Origin: a virus
Lineage: Duplodnaviria; Caudoviricetes
DNA: 28,708 bases
Direction: 5' to 3' (one strand)
Virus record (IMG/VR): IMGVR_UViG_3300030372_005415
Coordinates: 1 to 28,708 of that record
Position 1 is the stretch's first letter; every line of letters starts with the position of its first letter. Shown here in pieces: positions 1 through 7,497 of the stretch. The translations under genes were made by a program, and so were the position numbers. The notes under the pieces are model-generated. The model did no database searches, was not told the origin of the DNA, and worked only from the letters and a program-made list of their open reading frames with translations.

Positions 1-8
1 GTCGCTAG
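1..8. repeat. 8-nt terminal direct repeat GTCGCTAG (left copy); possible cos end or circularisation overlap
   Basis: Identical to 28701-28708. Confidence 0.75.
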
Positions 9-485
9 GTCGCCGGGGGTCTGTATAATTATCACACTACCATCGTCATCGAGGTCGGTACCTGGCACCAGTAGACCCTGTTGTATGTCTGACTCGAGTA
101 GTTTATCGATGGTTTTAAAACATAGACCTGATTTTACAACAGACCTGGATGCCTGTGCAGGGTTGCGTTCTATCCATCTACGTTGTGCATACACTGATTC
201 ATCGAAGGTATATATCGCTGTCGACAGTAGTTGCATCGGCTGTACCTCGGTCTGTCGACTGATAAGGTCGCATAGTTCAATCAGATGTGTGATACGTGGA
301 TACGTTCGACCGTATATCCAGTCCTTTATGCAGCTGTATGCAGTGCCGAGTTCACGATGTATATCTGCCATAATGAATCCGCATTCATTCATTTGTGTGA
401 CTAACCATATACCGAATGATGACATATCCGGTGAAGGCTGCAGACGTATACCGGGTCTACCTCTGGTCTCTGTACGATGTTTCAT
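1..485 (-). CDS. XRE/Cro-type HTH protein, runs off the left end (not in ORF track)
   Basis: ATG at 485 with ACAAAGGGA 7 nt upstream. Manual translation MKHRTETRGRPG...FGIWLVTQMNECGFIMADIHRELGTAYSCIKDWIYGRTYPRITHLIELC fits the XRE pattern. No stop before position 1; with the terminal 8 nt collapsed it ends at TAA 28657-28655. Confidence 0.75.
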   Translation of the reverse strand, partial: MKHRTETRGRPGIRLQPSPDMSSFGIWLVTQMNECGFIMADIHRELGTAYSCIKDWIYGRTYPRITHLIELCDLISRQTEVQPMQLLSTAIYTFDESVYAQRRWIERNPAQASRSVVKSGLCFKTIDKLLESDIQQGLLVPGTDLDDDGSVIIIQTPGDLA

Positions 486-502
486 GATAAAATCCCTTTG
501 TT

Positions 503-862
503 TTATGTTGTTTCAACATAAATAGAATAACACCATTCACCTTTTATGTAAGTCTTTTGTGCAGACAGTACGTGTATTTGACAGTCGTCGTTGTATACAA
601 TGTCATTCAACGCATCACAGACAGAACCAAAACAGTTCTGTACATCACGTCGTCGTTTGTCACCGAATGTAACATCGAGGTGTAACTTGACTGGTTTGTC
701 TGTCGGTTGCAGTCCTGCAGCTGTCATTATTGCAATAGCCTGTGCACGGAGTGTAGATTCAAACAATCTGACACTGTTGTCCTTTATCAATCTTTTGCCA
801 GATATAATCATCTGGTTTTTTTTACTGGGTATTTTACCGGACCCTTTGATGCAGACCTTCAT
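503..862 (-). CDS. rusA: RusA-family Holliday junction resolvase
   Basis: Motifs IPSKKN and KRRRDVQN...DALNDIVYNDDCQI. Start moved to the ATG at 862, which overlaps the upstream stop as ATGA. Confidence 0.75.
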   Translation of the reverse strand: MKVCIKGSGKIPSKKNQMIISGKRLIKDNSVRLFESTLRAQAIAIMTAAGLQPTDKPVKLHLDVTFGDKRRRDVQNCFGSVCDALNDIVYNDDCQIHVLSAQKTYIKGEWCYSIYVETT

Positions 863-1146
863 CGTTGTCTCTTTTTGCGTCGTTTCCATAATGATTCACA
901 TGCCCAGTATCGAGGTTCGAGTTTACCTGGTTTGTCTGTATCACATCGCATTCTAGCCCTGAAATTTTCATTTGCACGTGCACTGTAGTTGTGTCTGTAT
1001 CCGACACTGCCAAATTTTAACAGACGTTCAGTGCCATCCTCACAGGCTTTTACGACTCTCTTTTTGACACCGTATCCAGGTTCACCACGTCGAAGGGGTC
1101 GAGGTTTGTTACATTTGAGTTTTGATTTGTCGATACGTTTTGCCAT
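859..1146 (-). CDS. small basic conserved phage protein (KKxVVKAC...FG...FRARxxCD...RYWAC..LW type; DUF6321-like from memory)
   Basis: ATG at 1146 with GAGG RBS; K/R-rich; motif recalled from environmental phages. Confidence 0.6.
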   Translation of the reverse strand: MAKRIDKSKLKCNKPRPLRRGEPGYGVKKRVVKACEDGTERLLKFGSVGYRHNYSARANENFRARMRCDTDKPGKLEPRYWACESLWKRRKKRQR

Positions 1147-1150
1147 CTGT

Positions 1151-1534
1151 TTACCTCTTTTTGCCTTTATGGATACCTGTACGTGCAGTCTGTTGTCCTT
1201 TACTGGTCGCACGTCTCTTTGCACGGTTTGCAGCTGCAAGTTTTTTACGACCGGATGGTGTCGACTTCAGTGCACTGATTGCACGTTTTGGTAAATACAC
1301 ACCATTTTTACCAGCAGATTGCCAGTCCTGGTCTGTCCATCGAGATAACGACCGTTGTGCAGCCGTTCGACCTCGAGGTTTTTTGTAACCTCCACCAGCT
1401 GCCTCGTATTGTTTTACCAGCATCTGACTTTTACGTGCACTCCACTGTCCGGGTTTACCACCCTTCGACGATGCCATTATTTTACGTTTGATGCGTTCAC
1501 GCAGCGCAGGTTTTGTATATTTGTCTTTATCCAC
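1151..1534 (-). CDS. small basic conserved phage protein (DUF5872-like from memory)
   Basis: YTKPALRERIK...SKGGKPGQWSARKSQML...YEAAGGGY and LSRWTDQDW motifs. Confidence 0.7.
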   Translation of the reverse strand: MDKDKYTKPALRERIKRKIMASSKGGKPGQWSARKSQMLVKQYEAAGGGYKKPRGRTAAQRSLSRWTDQDWQSAGKNGVYLPKRAISALKSTPSGRKKLAAANRAKRRATSKGQQTARTGIHKGKKR

Positions 1535-1895
1535 GTCGACCCCTGGTTACTCTGTTGCGTAGTCTGTTCGACCTTGTACTCTGTACTGCATACGGAGACG
1601 TGTACACATCGTCAGTCGGCTCTGTGACCTGTGTTCGACGTGGTTGTCTTATTTTCTTCATGTTCTGCAGTGCCTGTTGTATAAAGAACGGTGTCACCGG
1701 TATCGGTTGTCCTTTTGTCGAGGCAGGTTTGTTTACAGGTGCACCGCTGTCCTTCAGTCGTCCAATACTCTCGAGTCGTATTGCAACGGCAGTTGCCTGG
1801 TCTTTTGCCATTCCGAATCTGGTCATGAATCTCGGTATCGCACGTTCGATACGACGGTTGCCTGCAACGGACCCGATAAAAATGTTTTGTGCCAC
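1527..1895 (-). CDS. hypothetical basic protein
   Basis: GTG at 1895 preceded by GGAGG; stop overlaps the next gene start. Confidence 0.6.
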   Translation of the reverse strand: MAQNIFIGSVAGNRRIERAIPRFMTRFGMAKDQATAVAIRLESIGRLKDSGAPVNKPASTKGQPIPVTPFFIQQALQNMKKIRQPRRTQVTEPTDDVYTSPYAVQSTRSNRLRNRVTRGRRG

Positions 1896-1967
1896 AGTTG
1901 CCTCCAAAAAAATCATAACAGTCGCACGGTGTGCATCCGCAAATATCACATACATTCATAGTGTACA

Positions 1968-2210
1968 TTATTTATGTGCCAGTAAATAATCGGCACTGTC
2001 TTTGACAGTTTCTGACGTATCTCTGTCTGTCATGTCTGCAATACATTCACATAGCCATATCCAGTCTGCAACCTTCAGAACGGTCTCACCATTCAACAGT
2101 CTGTACAGACTACGTATATGGATACCACTGTAGTCTGATAACTCGACGACAGTGATACCGTGTGGTGATAGCTGGTCGTATATCCAGTCTCCGAATGCAG
2201 TTCGTTCCAT
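1968..2210 (-). CDS. XRE-family HTH transcriptional regulator
   Basis: FGDWIYDQL...GITVVELSDYSGIHIRSLYRLLNGE HTH pattern, 80 aa. Confidence 0.75.
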   Translation of the reverse strand: MERTAFGDWIYDQLSPHGITVVELSDYSGIHIRSLYRLLNGETVLKVADWIWLCECIADMTDRDTSETVKDSADYLLAHK

Positions 2211-2216
2211 GTTAGG

Positions 2217-2225
2217 ACTATATCA
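2217..2225 (-). promoter_or_regulatory. extended -10 promoter (TGaTATAGT) 6 nt before ATG 2210; probable leaderless mRNA
   Basis: Minus strand reads TG A TATAGT CCTAAC ATG, with no SD. Confidence 0.45.
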
Positions 2226-2868
2226 CATTTTGGTCTGACAGGTCAGGTAAACCTGTGCAGGTTTTGTATGTAAAGGTTTGTTTGTCCTGGGTCGTTAGTA
2301 TCCGATGTTCAATGGCATCTGCGTTTATACGATAGGTCTCTGAAGGCTGCAGAGGTGCAACGTGCATCCATAAAAATCCATACTCTGCAGACCGAGTGTC
2401 AAAACGTACACCCATTGCAGTACCTTGTTTATTTGGTATTCGACGTTGCCAGTTACCTTTTACTGCATCGACAAATGTCGGACCGTCGTACCAGTAGTGT
2501 AAATGTGTAATGGTGTCAACGTACACCATGAATGCAGGTGTATGTACAATGTACTCTGCATAACCTCGACTAGCTGTCTGATATATCTCTGCAAAAAAGG
2601 TCGGATACTTGCCTCCATTCTTTGCACTTTTTACCTCGACTGCATGCATCTGTCCTGACTCGATGCCTTTGTTGAATGTCCACAGTTCAATGTCGTACGA
2701 TGCATCAGGTTTGACATGTGTTGTACAAATCACCTGGTCGACATTAAAATGTGTGTGCAGCTGCAGTCGCATTTGTTTATTCAGATGCACACACTCACAG
2801 ACTGCAATCTCTGATACGATGCCTATCCTTTTTAGGTCTGTGAATAGTTTTGTGTTGATCGGCATCAT
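2218..2868 (-). CDS. PD-(D/E)XK nuclease-family protein
   Basis: G..SE helix, then YDIE ... VEVKS ... FAEI restriction-endonuclease-like motif order. Confidence 0.55.
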   Translation of the reverse strand: MMPINTKLFTDLKRIGIVSEIAVCECVHLNKQMRLQLHTHFNVDQVICTTHVKPDASYDIELWTFNKGIESGQMHAVEVKSAKNGGKYPTFFAEIYQTASRGYAEYIVHTPAFMVYVDTITHLHYWYDGPTFVDAVKGNWQRRIPNKQGTAMGVRFDTRSAEYGFLWMHVAPLQPSETYRINADAIEHRILTTQDKQTFTYKTCTGLPDLSDQNVI

Positions 2869-2882
2869 GTCGTCAGTACTTC

Positions 2883-5387
2883 CTATTTAAAACGATGTCG
2901 TGCAGGGTATTGTAAAACATATTTTTCTGTATAGTGTTGTCGAATGTCGTCCTGAAGTTGCTGCGTTAAATCATCCAGGTCTGTCCATTCATGACCCTCG
3001 ACACGTGCCTGCAATGGTGTTTGTCCCTGGAGTCGAATCTGTAAATGCAAAACACCATCGTCATATGTCAGTGTCAGACTATCCATCGATGTCTCGTCTT
3101 TACGTTCAGGTGCAATATACCATCGACTGCGTTTACCATTGTATCGACATTGTTTACCGTCATTCATGGCAGTCGCACCGAGTTGTTTGATGCATCCACT
3201 GTACCAGCCTAGGTATTTGGGTCTGATGGCAGTCGAGCGTCGAATGGTATCACCATTCGAGGTCTCCACCTCCTCAGTGTATATGTCTTGTATCATTTCA
3301 GACAGGGTGAACACTTTACCCGGATTTGTATCTAACCATTCGTCGACCAGAGTGTGATGCACGTCGACCTGTTCGAACTTCGTATTAACATGGTTCGACC
3401 GTTGCTGTTCCTCTGGAGTTAACCACCACTGTTCACCTGATTTATATGCATGTACTGCCTCCGACCAGATTGCATCACGTACCTCTGCAAGTTTTGCAGG
3501 GTCGTATGACATTGCACCCTCGACACCATTGCACTCCACAATCCAAAAACGACGGCTGCCTGTGGAGTCCTTCAAAATCTCGTCCTCATTTACAGACCCG
3601 GTGATGACACTGTGTCTGTCTTGCACAATCTCTTTACGACCGTATTTTGGTCTGTACTGGTCTGTCTGAATGGTTAAAAACCGTTTGATGTCACCCACCT
3701 CTGAACGGTTCATACCGGATAACTCTGCCCATTCATGAATCCATGCCAGTCGAAGTTTTGTCAGACCGTCGACACTGTGTACGTCAATCTCTGCATCACT
3801 GAAAAATGATTGACCTGTACGACCGCATTGACCTGCAATCCGTTTGAAAAATTCAGATTTACCTGCACCTTGCAACCCCTTCAAAATCAACATCGTATCG
3901 ACCTTGCAACCCCAGTCAAATGCACGTGCGACTGCACTGATTGCCCATTTACGAGTGTACGTTCGAATCATCGCAGTATCGTCTGCATTCAAGTAGTCGA
4001 TAAACAATGTGTCGAGTCGGCTTTGTCCATCCCACTGCAATCCGTCAAGGTACTCGACCAGTGTATCGTACTGGTGTTCATGGCAGTACTGGTCGACGGC
4101 ATCCTTTGTTGTCTCTTTACCGAGTCGACGACCGACAAAAAAACGTCGTCGCAGCTGTGACTGCACAATGGTGTAATGATAGTCGACGAATCTGTCTCCA
4201 TCAATCCAGACATATCCAGTACGTTTGTCCATCCACAGGTCGATGTCGAGTTGTCCTATCATCAGGACCAGGTTGTCAGGTGTATCCAGGGGTCTCCATG
4301 AACCTCCACGGTTTGAGTACGAGACCTCGATGCCGTTATCACTGATGATGCAGTCGTGATGTGTTCTGTTGCGTCCACTTGTACAACGATACCGTGCAAT
4401 ACCTGTCAGTGTGTCGACTCGTCTGTGAATATACGCACCTCCGACTGAACGACCTCCGTCTGCAATACACTGAATGTTACCTGATGCATTCTTTTGCAAC
4501 GTATCCCAGTTTTGAATGTACCAGATAAACGGTCGACGTTCACCTGTGGCATCTGTTATCAGATGTTCACCAGTTACAACAGAACGACGATACCGGTCGG
4601 TATCAGATGGTGTCTGTTCAGGTGCCTCTGCAGTGTTTTGTTCCTGTTCGGTGTCTTGTACTGGAGTTGTACGTCGAGTCGGTGCACTTGTATTGATGGC
4701 ATATCCTGCATCGATGACTGCCTCTGTAGACAGGGTGTACCCTTCATTCGAGATAGTAAACTGTGTACCCTCTCTATCTGCACGGTACGACGGTTTGAAC
4801 CAAAATCTCGACGGGTCCTTTGTAGATTCGTCGACGTGTGGAAAAATAGACTCCAGTGCATACCATACACCTCGACGGTCGGTTGTAATGTAGTCTGCAG
4901 CCGGTACAGGTTCGTCGAATGGTACAACGACTCTGAATGCACACAGACCTTTTTTGGCAGGTGATTTATGACTGAACGAGCTGTATGCAACATGACAAAA
5001 TGGTTTGAATGCATCCAGTGTTGCCTGCATCACCTCGTCAGTCAATCCATCGAAGTCGAATACCATTGCATGAACGACATCGACTTTTGATTTTGCTCTG
5101 TTGCCTGTCATGTCAGACCAGGTGACTGGTGCAAATATACCTGCCTCGAGTTTACCGTGTTCTGTGATTTTACCATTGTCTGCAACATCCTCTGCAAGGT
5201 TGTCAATGCGCAGCATCGATGACACGATGCCTTGCAGAGATACGTCACGTCGTTGTGCATGTCGGAGGTTGTTAGTTTTGTACCATCCAGTCGACGGTGC
5301 AGGATGCACAGTACATGATACGGTGCATTCTTTTGGGTGTATTTTGGTGCCTGTTGCCCAGTTTTGTGGTATATTGTATCCAGTCAT
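2883..5387 (-). CDS. AEP-type primase fused to VirE/VapE-family helicase (834 aa)
   Basis: N-term VFDFDG, YSSFSH, FRVVVPF, DESTKDPSRFWF; C-term Walker A GLQGAGKS, WIHEWAEL, YRPKYGR, DSTGSRRFW. Start moved to ATG 5387 (AAGGA RBS) because the ORF-track extension lies in the repeat region. Confidence 0.85.
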   Translation of the reverse strand: MTGYNIPQNWATGTKIHPKECTVSCTVHPAPSTGWYKTNNLRHAQRRDVSLQGIVSSMLRIDNLAEDVADNGKITEHGKLEAGIFAPVTWSDMTGNRAKSKVDVVHAMVFDFDGLTDEVMQATLDAFKPFCHVAYSSFSHKSPAKKGLCAFRVVVPFDEPVPAADYITTDRRGVWYALESIFPHVDESTKDPSRFWFKPSYRADREGTQFTISNEGYTLSTEAVIDAGYAINTSAPTRRTTPVQDTEQEQNTAEAPEQTPSDTDRYRRSVVTGEHLITDATGERRPFIWYIQNWDTLQKNASGNIQCIADGGRSVGGAYIHRRVDTLTGIARYRCTSGRNRTHHDCIISDNGIEVSYSNRGGSWRPLDTPDNLVLMIGQLDIDLWMDKRTGYVWIDGDRFVDYHYTIVQSQLRRRFFVGRRLGKETTKDAVDQYCHEHQYDTLVEYLDGLQWDGQSRLDTLFIDYLNADDTAMIRTYTRKWAISAVARAFDWGCKVDTMLILKGLQGAGKSEFFKRIAGQCGRTGQSFFSDAEIDVHSVDGLTKLRLAWIHEWAELSGMNRSEVGDIKRFLTIQTDQYRPKYGRKEIVQDRHSVITGSVNEDEILKDSTGSRRFWIVECNGVEGAMSYDPAKLAEVRDAIWSEAVHAYKSGEQWWLTPEEQQRSNHVNTKFEQVDVHHTLVDEWLDTNPGKVFTLSEMIQDIYTEEVETSNGDTIRRSTAIRPKYLGWYSGCIKQLGATAMNDGKQCRYNGKRSRWYIAPERKDETSMDSLTLTYDDGVLHLQIRLQGQTPLQARVEGHEWTDLDDLTQQLQDDIRQHYTEKYVLQYPARHRFK

Positions 5388-5422
5388 GGTTCTATCCTTG
5401 ATTGTTTGTTTTATTTGGTGGT

Positions 5423-5460
5423 AGCCTGCATCCTGTCTGCACAACGGGGTGCAGGCTTTT
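5423..5460 (+). terminator. intrinsic terminator-like hairpin, antisense to the primase leader
   Basis: AGCCTGCATCCTGT/ACGGGGTGCAGGCT 14-bp stem with two G-U pairs (valid only on +), followed by a short T run. Confidence 0.55.
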
Positions 5461-5503
5461 ACATTGTAACCAGTTATTTTATTTTTGTTGCAAAATAAAT
5501 CAG

Positions 5504-5754
5504 TGTCACGGCACTTTTGTACAGGGGTGACACGACTGTCACGGTGTGACACTTGCCTCTGAAGGGGTGACACCCCCCTGTGACATCTGACAACGTCCGG
5601 TGCATCGTCATCATAGTATGTCTGTCACCCTGTCACCTCTATAATCTGTAAAAAAGATTATGTGTAAATCGGTGCCAAAACAGGTCTATAAACGGTATTT
5701 GGCACCGGTATACTAATAATGTACACAGGTGACAGACACCGTGACAGGGTGACA
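5504..5754. repeat. GTGACA/TGTCAC iteron array with nested inverted repeats; putative phage replication origin
   Basis: 11 hexamer copies (5504, 5527, 5537, 5546, 5567, 5580, 5623, 5631, 5729, 5741, 5749). 14-bp inverted repeat 5623-5636/5741-5754 and 10-bp inverted repeat 5670-5679/5698-5707. Confidence 0.7.
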
Positions 5755-5782
5755 CAGGTGCCATCAGACACAACATCAATAG

Positions 5783-5946
5783 TTATCAACACCTGTGGAT
5801 AACTCTGTGGATAACTCTGTGAATTACCATAATACTGTGGATAACTCTGTGGATAACTCTGTGGATAACTCTGTGGATAACTATAAAAGCCTTGATTTTA
5901 TCGAGGTTATACACCTGTTGATAACTTTATCAACACCTGTGGATAA
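5783..5946. promoter_or_regulatory. DnaA-box array (7 perfect plus 5 single-mismatch boxes)
   Basis: TGTGGATAA at 5794, 5806, 5836, 5848, 5860, 5872, 5938; variants at 5783, 5818, 5907, 5916, 5927; tandem unit TGTGGATAACTC. Confidence 0.85.
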
Positions 5947-5964
5947 CTAGAATAATAGGAATAA

Positions 5965-6321
5965 CTATATCCATTCATCAAAATCATCGCTGTCGTCGTC
6001 ATCATCAAACGACTCCAACAAAACAACCTCGAGGTGTGTCAATGTGTGCAGTGCACACTGTATGACTCGAAGTGTCTGCGGATGCTCTGTATGTTCATCG
6101 AACTCGACACCGTCATTCGTAAAATGTACCAGCATCACCTCGTCCAGTCCATCAATGACATACCCGATACCGTCATGGTGTGCATATGTTAGTTCTAATT
6201 CAGTATCCAGGGTGACCTCAAAATGTGCAGCAGCTGCAATAGGGTCGACTGGTACATTCGACGTGATGCCTCTCAACATCATACGAATCATTTCGGATAT
6301 GGTGTAATTTGATGTACTCAT
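5965..6321 (-). CDS. highly acidic hypothetical protein (118 aa)
   Basis: About 26 D/E against 3 R and no K; C-terminus FDDDDDSDDFDEWI. Start at ATG 6321, 6 nt after an extended -10. Confidence 0.7.
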   Translation of the reverse strand: MSTSNYTISEMIRMMLRGITSNVPVDPIAAAAHFEVTLDTELELTYAHHDGIGYVIDGLDEVMLVHFTNDGVEFDEHTEHPQTLRVIQCALHTLTHLEVVLLESFDDDDDSDDFDEWI

Positions 6322-6327
6322 ATACGA

Positions 6328-6336
6328 ATAGTAACA
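6328..6336 (-). promoter_or_regulatory. extended -10 promoter (TGtTACTAT); probable leaderless mRNA
   Basis: Minus strand reads TG T TACTAT TCGTAT ATG; no SD; lies just after a terminator. Confidence 0.5.
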
Positions 6337-6401
6337 CAAAACGGTTTGATTTACATGTCAGAACTCGACTGTCGGTTCAGTTGCAGAGTGCAAAATAAAC
6401 C

Positions 6402-6433
6402 AAAAAAGGCACCAGTTAAACGACTGGTGCCTT
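6402..6433 (-). terminator. intrinsic terminator
   Basis: Perfect 11-bp stem AAGGCACCAGT/ACTGGTGCCTT running into a T6 tract on the minus strand, about 20 nt after the stop at 6455. Confidence 0.8.
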
Positions 6434-6454
6434 CAGAGGTGTGATGTGTGTATT

Positions 6455-6928
6455 TTACTTTTGGAGTTTTGACATTTGACCCATCATCGACTCCACAGGT
6501 TCGTCTGAATGTGTTGCCCAGATTTGTGCAAGCTGTATCCAGTTGTCGACTGTCGGTTTACGTTTATCCTTTATCCACTGGTGCAGAGTCATGCGACTGA
6601 TACCCATAGACGAGGCAAGGTCAGTCGATGTGACGTTGTGTGCATCCATCATCGACTCCAACCACATACCCAGAGTGACAGTTGATGTCAGATACTTGTA
6701 TTTTGCCTGTACCCATTGCACTGCCTCTGTCATGCAGCTGCAGTCTGATGAATATATCGAACCTCGATGTGTGACTTGACCCCTCCATACAAAATCAAAA
6801 TCTAACGGATGCCAAAACACATAAATGAATCCACATTCACCCAGGTCGATGGTTTGTCCTTCCTTTTTACGCAGCGCAGTGCGACCGTACTCTTTTACAT
6901 AGTCACGTGATGATTTGGATAAACTCAT
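6455..6928 (-). CDS. protein with C-terminal XRE-family HTH
   Basis: LGMWLESMMDAHNVTSTDLASSMGISRMTLHQWIKDKRKP. Confidence 0.75.
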   Translation of the reverse strand: MSLSKSSRDYVKEYGRTALRKKEGQTIDLGECGFIYVFWHPLDFDFVWRGQVTHRGSIYSSDCSCMTEAVQWVQAKYKYLTSTVTLGMWLESMMDAHNVTSTDLASSMGISRMTLHQWIKDKRKPTVDNWIQLAQIWATHSDEPVESMMGQMSKLQK

Positions 6929-7161
6929 TTGCCACCTCTCAACATAGGAGACACCATAATACTGTGGTAAATATCCCAGTGTTCATCAGATGGATACTGT
7001 TTTGTAAATGCAATCACAATCAACATCACGTCGTTGTACGATGGTTTGACACGACCGTCAAGGATGTCCTGCAACACTGCAATGTCGATGTCTGTTTCAT
7101 TGTGAAGGTCGACGACACTCCACCCGAGTTTATCCATCTGTGTCTTTATCCCTTTTAACAT
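6925..7161 (-). CDS. XRE-family HTH protein
   Basis: IKTQMDKLGWSVVDLHNETDIDIAVLQDILDGRVKPS; GAGG RBS; coupled to both neighbours. Confidence 0.7.
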   Translation of the reverse strand: MLKGIKTQMDKLGWSVVDLHNETDIDIAVLQDILDGRVKPSYNDVMLIVIAFTKQYPSDEHWDIYHSIMVSPMLRGGK

Positions 7162-7496
7162 GCCTCACCTCTATTTACGATGCGTTCAATAGTTGCACTG
7201 CGTTCGTCTTTTAAATCCTTTACCATCACTTGCAGACCGATTGATGAACCGCAAAATTCATAAACGTCTGTCGTGCCAGCTGGCAAAATCATATGAATGT
7301 CAAAAAAATACATTTTACGGTTGTAATCATCAATCATTCGTATGATTTTTGTAGCCTCGTCAGTGTATCCCAAATCAAATACGTGTTCACGTCCTGGTGT
7401 CTCGATGGTGATAACGACACGACGACTGCATCCTGAATGTCGTGCAGACGTTGCCGTTTTTAAAAGTTTCAATACCTTGCCTCGAATCATATACAT
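7155..7496 (-). CDS. hypothetical protein
   Basis: ATG at 7496 directly after the upstream stop, GGGGTG RBS; overlaps the next start. Confidence 0.55.
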   Translation of the reverse strand: MYMIRGKVLKLLKTATSARHSGCSRRVVITIETPGREHVFDLGYTDEATKIIRMIDDYNRKMYFFDIHMILPAGTTDVYEFCGSSIGLQVMVKDLKDERSATIERIVNRGEAC

Positions 7497-7497
7497 T

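Noticed and set aside
2218-2868. Restriction-modification pair with the MTase at 27498-28124
   Set aside because: The genes are unlinked, and solitary PD-(D/E)XK nucleases next to primases are common in phages.
5388-5573. N-terminal 62-aa extension of the primase ORF
   Set aside because: It runs through the hairpin and iterons; a better ATG with RBS exists at 5387.
5794-5880. Tandem repeats as a CRISPR array
   Set aside because: 12-bp units with no unique spacers and no cas genes; the unit is a DnaA box.
5947-5970. DnaA-trio unwinding element after the last box
   Set aside because: Only loose 3-nt periodicity, and its orientation relative to the boxes does not match the B. subtilis arrangement.
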